In this document: piece after piece, positions 29,604 to 39,276 of the stretch
Numbering within the stretch: the first letter of the stretch is position 1
Layout: each line of letters starts with the position of its first letter
Virus record (IMG/VR): IMGVR_UViG_3300045988_112808
Origin: a virus
Reading direction: 5' to 3' (one strand)
Length of the DNA stretch: 64,000 nt
Translations under genes and position numbers: made by a program
Notes under the pieces: model-generated
The model's input: the letters and a program-made list of their open reading frames with translations, nothing else
What the model was told of the DNA's origin: nothing
Databases searched by the model: none

Positions 29604-30623
29604 TCATCGTTTTATCTTTTTAGACGGATCCCAATCTGAAGAGAAAGGGCATTCGTTTTTGTTATGTAATCCAAAGTCACAATAATAACACAGCGCCGAC
29701 GGGCAGGGTAGCTTGTTTTGCGAAACAGGCTGGCTTAGGGTGGCGCGCCGCTTGCTATACCTGGCTTCTTCTGCTCCCTGGATGTACGCTTGAAATGCTT
29801 TTACACTATTATCTTCAAAATCATACATTTTAGACAAAGTGTCATTTAGCATCTCTATAGATTTTGTTTTACGTTCCTCATCTACCTTAACCTTTTGGTA
29901 CTGTCTGGTCCTGGTAAAGAAATAGATGTTCATATCTGGCATAACTCCGCCATATCTTCTATAGATGTAAAATGAATATATAGGATGCTGTAAATTTGTT
30001 TCCAACTTCTTAGAGTCAAAAACCTTATTACCGGATTTCCAATCTATGACATAATGGTGAACTACGTTCTTGCTTTTTATAGCCAGATGAAGATCCACCG
30101 ATCCTACTATGTACACATGAGTATGAACGTCACCATTTATATCAACAGGCTTAGGAAGACGGTACGGCAGCACAAAATCTTCTTCGACTCCAACTATAGC
30201 GCCGTGTCTAATAAGTTTCTCACAGGGATTAAGATCACTATCAGCTATCATAAACCTATTCCCGTCTTTTTTAAATAGATCTACAATCCAAGCAAGAAGC
30301 TCTCCAGATTGCTTCATGGCTATCATCATATTTTCCGGTGATTGCCAAGGTATGTCTTCCTGGTAAGCATAGTAACTTATTGCTTCTCCAAGGTCTTTAC
30401 CAGAAGGCTGTCTTCCGTTCTTAAAAAAGTATTCCAGTGTCTTATGGATAACCGTACCATAAGACGTAGCTTCTTGTTTTTCCGTAGACCTTTTGCCCTC
30501 TACGTAAGTCTTATACCATTTCATTGGACAGGTAAGAAACGTATCTATCTGGGAATAAGATATGGCAAGACGTTTTACACCATTAAACTCCTTATATAGC
30601 AAATGCGTTTCCGGGACCATCAT
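29604..30623 (-). CDS. Cas4/RecB-like PD-(D/E)xK exonuclease with Fe-S cluster cysteines
   Basis: SYSQIDTFLTCPMKWY, VDLHL, IDWKSG, QHPIYSFY, C-terminal CPSALCYYC...C. Confidence 0.8.
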   Translation of the reverse strand: MMVPETHLLYKEFNGVKRLAISYSQIDTFLTCPMKWYKTYVEGKRSTEKQEATSYGTVIHKTLEYFFKNGRQPSGKDLGEAISYYAYQEDIPWQSPENMMIAMKQSGELLAWIVDLFKKDGNRFMIADSDLNPCEKLIRHGAIVGVEEDFVLPYRLPKPVDINGDVHTHVYIVGSVDLHLAIKSKNVVHHYVIDWKSGNKVFDSKKLETNLQHPIYSFYIYRRYGGVMPDMNIYFFTRTRQYQKVKVDEERKTKSIEMLNDTLSKMYDFEDNSVKAFQAYIQGAEEARYSKRRATLSQPVSQNKLPCPSALCYYCDFGLHNKNECPFSSDWDPSKKIKR

Positions 30624-30979
30624 AAGTCATTGTCTTTAAATCCTTCCGGGTAATATACGACATACTTCTTACCGTCTTCTGGTGTCATGGCAAACTGCAT
30701 GTAGTTATTACGATTACGATGCTTGCCATCTAATCCTCGCTTCCAATACAGAATCCCATCTATATCCACATAAGACCGTCCGCGTTCGGCTCTAACTACG
30801 TCCGTGTGTAGCAGATACCCGTCGGAAGACACGATCCACACTTTATCCCCTTTGTTTAAATAAGATATTCTTTTTCTTACAACAACCTTTTTCTTATTAT
30901 CTAATGCAAATTCCTCATCGGTCATACTCTTCATCCTCCTCTTCTTCTGTTTCAAAATCAATTCCATAACACTGATCAT
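30620..30979 (-). CDS. hypothetical protein
   Basis: ORF track. Confidence 0.6.
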   Translation of the reverse strand: MISVMELILKQKKRRMKSMTDEEFALDNKKKVVVRKRISYLNKGDKVWIVSSDGYLLHTDVVRAERGRSYVDIDGILYWKRGLDGKHRNRNNYMQFAMTPEDGKKYVVYYPEGFKDNDL

Positions 30980-31142
30980 AATGCTTGGTCAGTTCTTCTG
31001 GTTCTAAATCTTGTCCAAAATCCATGTTAAAAATATCGTAATTAGTAAAGCACTTAAAATCACTGTTCCCGCAGGCAGGAAATCTATGAATGCTGCTTTT
31101 ATTTCTTCAATTAGGCCCAAGTGTAACCTTGGGCCATTGTAT

Positions 31143-32843
31143 TTATTTTTTGTCATCTCCTTTTAATTTCTTTAAAGTATCTGCAATCGGAAGCTGATCA
31201 ATGACTCCCAATGCCGGAGCGACGGTCTTGACAACATTGTTAAGGAAATTACCGGTACTGTTCTGACCGCCGTCAAATACCGTGATATTTCCGAGATTAA
31301 TGTGCTCAAATGCTTTAACCTGTTCTCCAGCAATTTCTTTCCACTGATTAACCATCTTGTACTGGATGGCGATCTGAGGATTGGATTCTGCTGCTTCCAC
31401 CATAGCCTTAAATCCGTCGGCTTCTGCCATTAACGACTTTTTCTTACCTTCGGCTTCTGCCTCCAGCTTCATCTGAATAGCTTTTGCCTCTGCCTCAGCT
31501 TTTGCCAAATGTGCTGATGCCTCAGCCTCAGCCCGGCGTTTGATCTTCTCGGCCTCGGCATCAGCTTGCAAGATAGCCTCTTCCTTCTGGGTTTCAGCCG
31601 GCACAATCTTTTCAGCCTTAAGCGCAGCCTGAACTTTCTTAGCCTTAGCTTCTTCCACTTCTTTGTCTGCAAGCTCTTTTGCTGTTTTTACGGCCGCTTC
31701 CGATTTAACTTTTTCTTCTCCGGCCTTCTTTTCTGATTGAGCTTTGATAATCTGCAATTCTGATACTGACACAGCAACCTCCTTCTGGGCATTGTTGTAT
31801 CCTATAGACGCATTTTTCTCAGCCTCAGCCTTCTTAATCTGAGCTTCAGAGTTTTGTATTGCTATAGCTGCTTCCTTGTCAGCTTCAGCCTTGTTCTTTC
31901 CGACTTCTTCCATCCTTTCAGCCTCGGCTTTATTTACTTCAAGTTCTGCCTTAGATCTTACGATCGCCGATTCCTTGTCGGTTAAAGTTTTTGCGATAAC
32001 CGCAGCCCTATCTCTATCTGCTTGAGCTACACCAATCTGTTTTTCTTTATCGGTTAAAGCCAAAGCTATTTCTTTTTCTTTCTTCGTTTCAGCTACTATT
32101 GTTTCCTTTTCTTTTTCAGTACAAGCAATTTGAATCTCTTGTTCTTTTTTGGTATTAGCCACAGCCGTTTCTTTCTCCTTCTGCTGTACAGCAATCTTAA
32201 TAGCCCCCAGCTTCTCCTGTTCTTCGATATTAGCCTGTGCTTCGTTCAGAGCCCTACTTTCAGCCTCCTTACCAAGGTTCATAATATAACCGGCTTCGTC
32301 TCTAATGTCACTGATGTTGATGTTCAGGAGGTAAAGACCTAACTTGTTAAGCTCGTTATCAATGTTCTTTCTTGCCTTATCCAAAAACTCATCCCTGTCA
32401 GAATTAAGTTTTTCGATTGTCATTTCAGCAATAATCAAACGCATCTGACCGTAAACGATGTCCGTAATAAGATTTTCAGTAGATTCGGTATCCATTCCCA
32501 AAAGTCTTTCTGCCGCATTTTGCATGATCTCTGGATTTGTACTGATAGCTACTGTAATAGTCGTAGGAACATCTACTCTAATATTCTGAGATGACAAAGC
32601 ACCGGTAAGCTTGCAATCTATTTGCATAGGCTCCATTGACAAAACATCATAGCTTTGAATAATAGGCAAGACAAATGCCGCTCCACCATGATATAATTTC
32701 GCCGATTTCTTTTCCCCACCTGTCTTACCATAAACGACCAAGACCTGATTAGGCTTACATCTACGATACCTTGATAAGACTCCGATGATTGTCAAAATAA
32801 TCACTACAGCTAAGATAGCTGACACGTACATGATTGTTGTCAT
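31143..32843 (-). CDS. flotillin-like SPFH/Band-7 protein (YqiK-like) with long EA-rich coiled coil
   Basis: N-terminal TM helix, SPFH core, C-terminal KE/EA repeat coiled coil. Confidence 0.85.
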   Translation of the reverse strand: MTTIMYVSAILAVVIILTIIGVLSRYRRCKPNQVLVVYGKTGGEKKSAKLYHGGAAFVLPIIQSYDVLSMEPMQIDCKLTGALSSQNIRVDVPTTITVAISTNPEIMQNAAERLLGMDTESTENLITDIVYGQMRLIIAEMTIEKLNSDRDEFLDKARKNIDNELNKLGLYLLNINISDIRDEAGYIMNLGKEAESRALNEAQANIEEQEKLGAIKIAVQQKEKETAVANTKKEQEIQIACTEKEKETIVAETKKEKEIALALTDKEKQIGVAQADRDRAAVIAKTLTDKESAIVRSKAELEVNKAEAERMEEVGKNKAEADKEAAIAIQNSEAQIKKAEAEKNASIGYNNAQKEVAVSVSELQIIKAQSEKKAGEEKVKSEAAVKTAKELADKEVEEAKAKKVQAALKAEKIVPAETQKEEAILQADAEAEKIKRRAEAEASAHLAKAEAEAKAIQMKLEAEAEGKKKSLMAEADGFKAMVEAAESNPQIAIQYKMVNQWKEIAGEQVKAFEHINLGNITVFDGGQNSTGNFLNNVVKTVAPALGVIDQLPIADTLKKLKGDDKK

Positions 32844-32875
32844 AACTTTTAAAATTTAATTGTTGATAAAAAAAA

Positions 32876-33364
32876 TTAGATACTTAGTTCTCCTTCTTCG
32901 TATTTTATATTCACCTTGTCACCGTTTTTGTAAGTTTTTCCAGACAAGCATCTTACTCTCATTTGCTCCTGTCTTCCATTTTTCGAAATATTTACCATAT
33001 AATGATTCTTCCCTGATCTAAATACTATCTCCACCTCTCTGCCATTTAAATCTTCCGGACATTCGTACACCATTTCTTGCTTTAACTTAAGAAGTAACTT
33101 ATATACGTAAAACAAAACGATAAAGAAAAACGACCCTATCACAACCCCTACTAAATGAGAACCCGAAAAGTAGGTAGTCCAGCTATATCCAAGAATAAAA
33201 TGTGTTATACCCTTAAATGATATGATGTCTGATAAAGACATGCTTAAATCAGAAGCATTGTCAATATCCGTATCCAGATCAGATCCTAATATCGACAACA
33301 AAAACTGTATAACAAAAGCAAATGATGCTATTAAAGCCATGCATAAAATTATATCACTTCCCAT
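32876..33364 (-). CDS. NfeD-like membrane protein (YqiJ-like) with C-terminal OB-fold
   Basis: multi-TM N-terminus plus beta-rich C-terminus; immediately upstream of SPFH gene as in bacterial nfeD-flotillin operons. Confidence 0.6.
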   Translation of the reverse strand: MGSDIILCMALIASFAFVIQFLLSILGSDLDTDIDNASDLSMSLSDIISFKGITHFILGYSWTTYFSGSHLVGVVIGSFFFIVLFYVYKLLLKLKQEMVYECPEDLNGREVEIVFRSGKNHYMVNISKNGRQEQMRVRCLSGKTYKNGDKVNIKYEEGELSI

Positions 33365-33605
33365 ACCCTTCTGTTATTATTTTGTAAACAAGATCAGTCA
33401 TATCTTTGATGGTCTCCATATCATAATCAATAATAACAATATTGAATTTTTGTTCCACCATCACTTCCAGTTCAATTTGATCAACAGAATCTAATCCAAG
33501 TTCTTTAAACGTCACATCTTCTTCATGAACTATATCTATTTCCGAATTAAGAAACTGAGTAATAATTATATCCTCTATTATCTTTCTGATTCTTACTTTT
33601 TCCAT
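33354..33605 (-). CDS. acyl carrier protein
   Basis: LGLDSVDQIELEVMVEQKF phosphopantetheine-attachment motif; 83 aa, acidic. Confidence 0.7.
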   Translation of the reverse strand: MEKVRIRKIIEDIIITQFLNSEIDIVHEEDVTFKELGLDSVDQIELEVMVEQKFNIVIIDYDMETIKDMTDLVYKIITEGYGK

Positions 33606-34306
33606 TGCTTTCTAATTTTGTTAAATAAATACGTTTTTATGTTTTTCAATCGCTCTTTGTCTGTTTCAGAACTTCCGGTAAACAAATAATCCGGATTGCC
33701 TTTAGCTGGCGGCGTAGGCAATTTAGATACGGCAAACAACCAATCCATTTCCTTATTCTTCTTAGACTCCAAATAAGGCTCGGTAGCGATCTTAAATTTT
33801 TCAGCTATTAAGTCAAAGAGCTTTGAATTTTTAAGGTTCATATGAACTGAAAAAGCCTGAGAAGGCGGTTTCCATATGAAGTTGCATAAGCTCATTGTAT
33901 AATCTCCTGACTCTGCTATATAAGATTCCGTTACCTGAAGTATGACCTCTTTCTTGAATGAGGTGTTACCCATAAACCAACACAATCTGGATTCCGCTTC
34001 TTTTCTGCTGACACCTATGTCTTTTGAATATGATTCGTACATTCCTATCATAATCTTCAACGTTTCCAGAACCTCGTCTGTCATCTCCGGTGTCTCTATA
34101 TAATTCACAAAAGACGTTCCTTTGTTGGTCAATCTCATCACGCCTGATTTTAATTTCTCAACCAGGCCAAGCTCTATATACCTCCCAGCATCTTCTTCCG
34201 GCATGGCTTCGATCATAACCGAATCCTTCTGTCTTATGGCAAGAAGATTAGCAAGATCATTAGGAGTCATGTCTGATGCTGCAAGTTGTCTGAAATTGAT
34301 GTACAT
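33593..34306 (-). CDS. hypothetical protein
   Basis: ORF track. Confidence 0.6.
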   Translation of the reverse strand: MYINFRQLAASDMTPNDLANLLAIRQKDSVMIEAMPEEDAGRYIELGLVEKLKSGVMRLTNKGTSFVNYIETPEMTDEVLETLKIMIGMYESYSKDIGVSRKEAESRLCWFMGNTSFKKEVILQVTESYIAESGDYTMSLCNFIWKPPSQAFSVHMNLKNSKLFDLIAEKFKIATEPYLESKKNKEMDWLFAVSKLPTPPAKGNPDYLFTGSSETDKERLKNIKTYLFNKIRKQWKK

Positions 34307-34308
34307 TC

Positions 34309-34506
34309 TTAATCAGCTTTAATGAAAATAACATCCTTGTTATCTTGTCTATCAATATGTTCACATGGACCAATAATCATGTCTGTACATGAACAATAAT
34401 TGTATTTTTCAAATATACACCTATCGCATGTATCACCTTCCACACATTTTAATCTTACAAGTCCGGCAGTAAACACTTCTCCTACTTTAAATTCCTTCTT
34501 TTCCAT
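34309..34506 (-). CDS. small Cys-rich zinc-ribbon-like protein
   Basis: C...C..C..C pattern. Confidence 0.5.
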   Translation of the reverse strand: MEKKEFKVGEVFTAGLVRLKCVEGDTCDRCIFEKYNYCSCTDMIIGPCEHIDRQDNKDVIFIKAD

Positions 34507-34521
34507 ATTCCCTCCTTGTTT

Positions 34522-35124
34522 TTAACTGTTGTACCCTTCTTTAATAATCGAATTTCTACCGGTAGATACCGACTGTCGAAGATCGTCATGTACAGAATCT
34601 ACCGTAGAATACTTGTTTCTGGTTGTAAAAATCACTTCCAGCATCTCCTTGTAATCACCTAAAGCTACTTCGTATCTCGGATCTACTTTGGCTTTTCTTT
34701 CAGCCTCGGCATTACTTTTAGCCAGTTCTCGATCAAGAAGATCTTCTTTGATTCGGTCAGCAATCATATCAAGTTCTTTTTTAATAACTTCTCCTGCTGC
34801 CCGAAGTTGACCTTCTACGTCACCAAGCTGGTCTTGGACGGTTCCTATTTCTTTCTTTAGACGATCGTATTCGTTAATCATACCCATATCACCAGCATAG
34901 CCAGAAAAGTCCTTGATTATTCTGGTTCCTTCTTTAAGGAGCTCAATAACTCGTCTTTTACGTTCTCTGCTTATTAAAGACGGAAGACGATAATTCATAT
35001 CCGCCACCGCCTTATCATGTATGGAGTTGATTAAAAACATCTCTCTTTCATCCCCTGCAAACTCAGTAAGAACCAAAAGGAACTTACTTATCAGGTATTC
35101 GTTTTCTTCTACTGTTAGTCTCAT
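34522..35124 (-). CDS. hypothetical coiled-coil protein (helicase loader candidate by position only)
   Basis: ORF directly downstream of DnaB-like gene. Confidence 0.6.
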   Translation of the reverse strand: MRLTVEENEYLISKFLLVLTEFAGDEREMFLINSIHDKAVADMNYRLPSLISRERKRRVIELLKEGTRIIKDFSGYAGDMGMINEYDRLKKEIGTVQDQLGDVEGQLRAAGEVIKKELDMIADRIKEDLLDRELAKSNAEAERKAKVDPRYEVALGDYKEMLEVIFTTRNKYSTVDSVHDDLRQSVSTGRNSIIKEGYNS

Positions 35125-35139
35125 GGTTCTTATTTTTTT

Positions 35140-36267
35140 TTAATACAATGACTGTTCTTCTTTTGTCTCTTGTTCCTGATTGTCCGTAACGTCTTCCACA
35201 GTATAGAGCTTAGGCGGCGTCGGCGGCTGGTTGGGGTTCACGAACTTCGTCCCGCCCTCCCCGTACATCCATCCATGTCCCGGCAGTATCTCTGGGTGGA
35301 TTGTATTAGTAAGCTCTTCCATACTAACTTGCCTTACCTTCAGTATATGATGAAACACAAGTCCGGCTGTCCTGAATGATGTTTTGTTTTCAGTTTTAAA
35401 CCTATCAAGAGTCTGATACCAATCTTTCCCAAATATCATATACTTATCCAGCCCGTACCTACGAGGATTGTGCAAACCTATCATTAACGTACATAACTGA
35501 CCCAGCGTATCAGATTGGTAAAAATCAGAAAGACGCGGAGGTTGCTCTTGTGGGCTTTTTATCCTTCCTTCTATCTCTCTGTTGAATTGGGATATGATGA
35601 GGAAAAATATGTTTTTATATACTAATTTAGCTTCGTTCATAACCGCCACCAAATCATCTATAGCCGACTTAGGATCTAATCCCATTCTTTTTATCAAAGC
35701 AATATGATCGACTTTAAATATTATAAGACGTTTGTCTTTGTGTTTGGTAGCTATATGATACACAGCCGCCTCAAACTCTTTTACCGTACACGGAGCATCG
35801 ATGTATATTATATTATTCCTGATTTCACCTTGAAGGATTTCAAACATCCTCATCTCTTCTACTGTATTAGAATCTTGCCTTCTTAATATTTCAGGAGCTC
35901 GCTTTTTCATATCTTGGCTCATTCTACGAAGAAGAAGATCTTGAGGATTCATTTCGAACTCGCAATTAACAAGAAAATAATCTTCTGCTTGCGGGTTGAT
36001 CATCGGATTCATCACATTTTCCAATATCTTTTGGGCCACATACGATTTACCTACAGATGGCCGGGCTCCTATGGCAATAGCGTGCTGAGGAAAAATACCT
36101 CCAAGCAAAGCCTCATCAATATAATCGTATCCGGTTTTAGCGGGGATAGGCTCTCCCCGCCTGTATTTCAAGATATTCTCATACGCCTCTTCCATAACCT
36201 GTTTAGAGGTTTTGAATATCCTTCTTATATCTATTTTATTTTTCAGATCCTCTTGCATTTTTGTCAC
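35140..36267 (-). CDS. dnaB: DnaB-family replicative helicase (RecA-like C-terminal domain only)
   Basis: GYDYIDEALLGGI...IAIGARPSVGKS Walker A. Confidence 0.7.
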   Translation of the reverse strand: MTKMQEDLKNKIDIRRIFKTSKQVMEEAYENILKYRRGEPIPAKTGYDYIDEALLGGIFPQHAIAIGARPSVGKSYVAQKILENVMNPMINPQAEDYFLVNCEFEMNPQDLLLRRMSQDMKKRAPEILRRQDSNTVEEMRMFEILQGEIRNNIIYIDAPCTVKEFEAAVYHIATKHKDKRLIIFKVDHIALIKRMGLDPKSAIDDLVAVMNEAKLVYKNIFFLIISQFNREIEGRIKSPQEQPPRLSDFYQSDTLGQLCTLMIGLHNPRRYGLDKYMIFGKDWYQTLDRFKTENKTSFRTAGLVFHHILKVRQVSMEELTNTIHPEILPGHGWMYGEGGTKFVNPNQPPTPPKLYTVEDVTDNQEQETKEEQSLY

Positions 36268-36514
36268 CTTTCGTATCCGATTTGGATCCCCTATTAGCTT
36301 TTACTGATTTATACCTAAGACCGTTCTTGGTATGAGAACAATCCTTTCCTTTTCTCCAGCCCTTACCCTTCTTCTTGTCCGTTTCGTAGTTTTTACGACC
36401 AAGCTCTCGGCGTTTGGCTTTCTGTTCCGGTCTGGCATTTATCTCCTTGTCCTTTTTAGCCTTTTTCTTCCTGGCTTCGGGATGAGTCCTGTAGTACTCT
36501 GTCGATCTACCCAT
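36236..36514 (-). CDS. highly basic Lys/Arg-rich small protein
   Basis: 92 aa, about 40 percent K/R. Confidence 0.5.
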   Translation of the reverse strand: MGRSTEYYRTHPEARKKKAKKDKEINARPEQKAKRRELGRKNYETDKKKGKGWRKGKDCSHTKNGLRYKSVKANRGSKSDTKGDKNARGSEK

Positions 36515-36566
36515 GTGCTTATATTTTTTTTGATTAATAATAGCACAAAGATAGGCAATTCACGCC

Positions 36567-37133
36567 CTATTTCAACCTGCCGTAGCTCATATCAGGATCA
36601 CACCAGACATACCCGTCTTTCTCATCATGAAGATACTCAGGACATCCTCTACATGCGCTACTGCCTGACACTATTTGATTGTTTTTATTAGGGCACTTAT
36701 CTCCAGGTTTATGCCATTCTATTCTCGAACCTGATCGTTCTTTGTTTACATGACAGAACTGAAAGACTTTTCCCATCGTCTTCTCGCCAAACATACCTAT
36801 ATGTGTGTACTCTTCCGGTATAAAGAGAAATTCAGATAAATCTTTATACATCCTTTTCCGTTCCTCCGGCGTAGACCATAGTCTATCAAGTTCGGCATGG
36901 ACTCTTATCTTAAGAGACCTCAGTGATGGCCCCGCAAGCCGGCCTTTAGCTTTTCCCTTATTCGGCCCTGATTCATGAACACCGACATAAGCATTGCATG
37001 GTTTACACATCATAACCATCCCTAAGCCTTTTCTGCTATATATTTTATCGGCATTAACCAGCTCAGTTTCTCTTCCGCAATAAGGGCAAATTTCGCCTCT
37101 TAAAACCCGTTGTTGCCGCTCATTAAGTTCCAT
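36567..37133 (-). CDS. zinc-ribbon domain protein (DUF3268-like)
   Basis: CPYCG...C..C.AYVGVH pattern. Confidence 0.55.
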   Translation of the reverse strand: MELNERQQRVLRGEICPYCGRETELVNADKIYSRKGLGMVMMCKPCNAYVGVHESGPNKGKAKGRLAGPSLRSLKIRVHAELDRLWSTPEERKRMYKDLSEFLFIPEEYTHIGMFGEKTMGKVFQFCHVNKERSGSRIEWHKPGDKCPNKNNQIVSGSSACRGCPEYLHDEKDGYVWCDPDMSYGRLK

Positions 37134-37375
37134 ACCCTATTCTTTTGTTTTTCTTTAAACTTTTCATACAAACTGCTTTCAGTTTCCATTTCTGAGATCT
37201 CTACCTCTACGTCCTCTCTTTTGAAAATTACTTTCTTGACTGTCGGATACGCGCATTTAGAGATACGAATAGCATTACGAATAGCGTAAACAAAATACGT
37301 TTCTGGTGACGATTCGATCACCACTACCTCGTTTAAAGTGTTTTTGTAATTTTCCATATTATCTACTTGCTTCAA
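37100..37375 (-). CDS. hypothetical protein
   Basis: ORF track. Confidence 0.5.
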   Translation of the reverse strand: MKQVDNMENYKNTLNEVVVIESSPETYFVYAIRNAIRISKCAYPTVKKVIFKREDVEVEISEMETESSLYEKFKEKQKNRVWNLMSGNNGF

Positions 37376-37712
37376 TTATATAACCCGGATGATCTTCACA
37401 CGCCTCTTTGTATTTGATAAGAAACTTAAGAAATGAATCATAAGACCCCCATCCGTTTTCCGGCTCGTATCTCAAAAGACTTTTTCTCTTAGAGATCATA
37501 ATACATATACCTTTTGTAAGTACATTCTTCATCTCATTGGTATATATTTCTTTATACAATTCTTCTGGTCTCCAAACATAATCGTACAGCGTTTCTTTAT
37601 TTTCCGATACGAATATTCTTTGTGCCATCTTGTTCATGTTGTGGGTGATGTTTGCAACCCATTCACGATCCTCTTCTTTCTTCTTGTTCTTAATATAAAC
37701 ATCCAGGCTCAT
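37359..37712 (-). CDS. hypothetical protein
   Basis: ORF track. Confidence 0.55.
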   Translation of the reverse strand: MSLDVYIKNKKKEEDREWVANITHNMNKMAQRIFVSENKETLYDYVWRPEELYKEIYTNEMKNVLTKGICIMISKRKSLLRYEPENGWGSYDSFLKFLIKYKEACEDHPGYIIEASR

Positions 37713-38703
37713 GATATTTTTCTTTTATCTTGTTACTAATTATCAAATCTGCCACATCATCTCCGTCTCCTACATTTTCAACATTTTGAAGATAGTCCGA
37801 TACTTTTATCCTTGACTTCATCATCATCTCATCTATCTTTTTACTCCATGTCTCAAATGCTCGTCCTTTGTCCGGAAAAGCTACAGTCTTTCTATCTTTT
37901 AAAACATCTATCACTTCCGGCCTTAGATTCTGCAACCCTCCGGTGGCCACAAATAATTCATCTGGTTTATTCACAGCGCATATAATAGCCGTCTTTTCTG
38001 ATTCCACCAGATTAACCACCTTATCCGGATACTGGCTTAGAAGATGCTCCCCGAACAGGCATTGTCTAAACAAGAAGTCCCTTGCATGCAACGAGTGATA
38101 AAACATAACATGAGGCCGCTCATTGTCACCGTCTTTTTCTTTCACTCTTTTTACATCAATCTCATTCCCCTGGCTGTCGGTCTTTATACAAAAGTCCATG
38201 ATCTTGCCGGTTCTGCATACAAAATCTTTGTCTATCTGCCAGAATATACAACACCCTTTCCATCCCCATAAGTCCATTGTTCCGACATGATACCTTCTGA
38301 ACACATCAGATACCCTTTCTTTTCCCCATAGAGACGATAAAAATCTAAATACGGTGTTTCTATCGTCTGGAACCACAGTCCTCTCAAACTCGCTAAAAGG
38401 TATGTAATTTACAACGTCAGGATTTACAGGAGGACGATAAGCTCTTATACACTTGTTTCCCGAAATCCAAAGATCTTTGTCACCTACATCCTTGCCGGTA
38501 GGTCGTTTATCGTAACCGCAAGTCCGTTCATGATCGCATCTTCCGAACTCGTTTCCAACAACCTGACCTGTTGCCACATCAATATAAGGGGTGAGGCACC
38601 GGCTTTTCCCGCAGGCCGGGCAGGTTAGCTTCAGCCGGCTCCTGCCGGGTCTGCGGTCAAGTTGAAACCGGGGTACGTTTTCGTATTTTCTAAAATCAAG
38701 CAT
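37690..38703 (-). CDS. putative DNA primase (zinc ribbon + Toprim-like)
   Basis: CPACG...C.H...C ribbon; LVESEKTAII / FVATGG / AFPDKGRAFE Toprim-like. Confidence 0.55.
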   Translation of the reverse strand: MLDFRKYENVPRFQLDRRPGRSRLKLTCPACGKSRCLTPYIDVATGQVVGNEFGRCDHERTCGYDKRPTGKDVGDKDLWISGNKCIRAYRPPVNPDVVNYIPFSEFERTVVPDDRNTVFRFLSSLWGKERVSDVFRRYHVGTMDLWGWKGCCIFWQIDKDFVCRTGKIMDFCIKTDSQGNEIDVKRVKEKDGDNERPHVMFYHSLHARDFLFRQCLFGEHLLSQYPDKVVNLVESEKTAIICAVNKPDELFVATGGLQNLRPEVIDVLKDRKTVAFPDKGRAFETWSKKIDEMMMKSRIKVSDYLQNVENVGDGDDVADLIISNKIKEKYHEPGCLY

Positions 38704-39046
38704 TTTTAACTCCTCTCATTGCCTCTATGACTCTATCTGCTATAGTTATAGACCATGACACCACATCTGGTACATATACTCCGCAATCTATTTCACCTTT
38801 TCTATTTTGTGCTTTAACAAACTCAATAGAATAAGCCTTAATAAGATCGAATCTACGTTGCTCCCAGTCTACATCTTTGTTTTCGTCATTTACAGGAAGG
38901 GTATCGAGATAAAAATTTAAACTCTCACTTATCACATTCCCATTATCACCATAGAACTGTATTCTGTCATGGTCGCTTCTTGTAGTTGAGCTACTGAAAG
39001 TGATTACGTCTATTATCTCTCCTGTTCTTCTAATTTTTCTTTTCAT
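38696..39046 (-). CDS. hypothetical protein
   Basis: ORF track. Confidence 0.55.
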   Translation of the reverse strand: MKRKIRRTGEIIDVITFSSSTTRSDHDRIQFYGDNGNVISESLNFYLDTLPVNDENKDVDWEQRRFDLIKAYSIEFVKAQNRKGEIDCGVYVPDVVSWSITIADRVIEAMRGVKNA

Positions 39047-39276
39047 ACTCTTCTTGTATTTCTGACCAATATAGGCATTATTATTTCGATGGTCTTGCCA
39101 TATTTCTTATGAGATGCAAGTACACATATTGCATATTTATCTCCTATTTTCAAATCTTTCGATAATCTTAATCTCGAACCCCTTTTGATGTTAATAAAAT
39201 AATAACCAAAAGGATTGATGCATATCGGTTTTACGATTTCTATATAATCTCCTTCAGGAATAACAATATCGTTCAT
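39043..39276 (-). CDS. hypothetical protein
   Basis: ORF track. Confidence 0.5.
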   Translation of the reverse strand: MNDIVIPEGDYIEIVKPICINPFGYYFINIKRGSRLRLSKDLKIGDKYAICVLASHKKYGKTIEIIMPILVRNTRRV

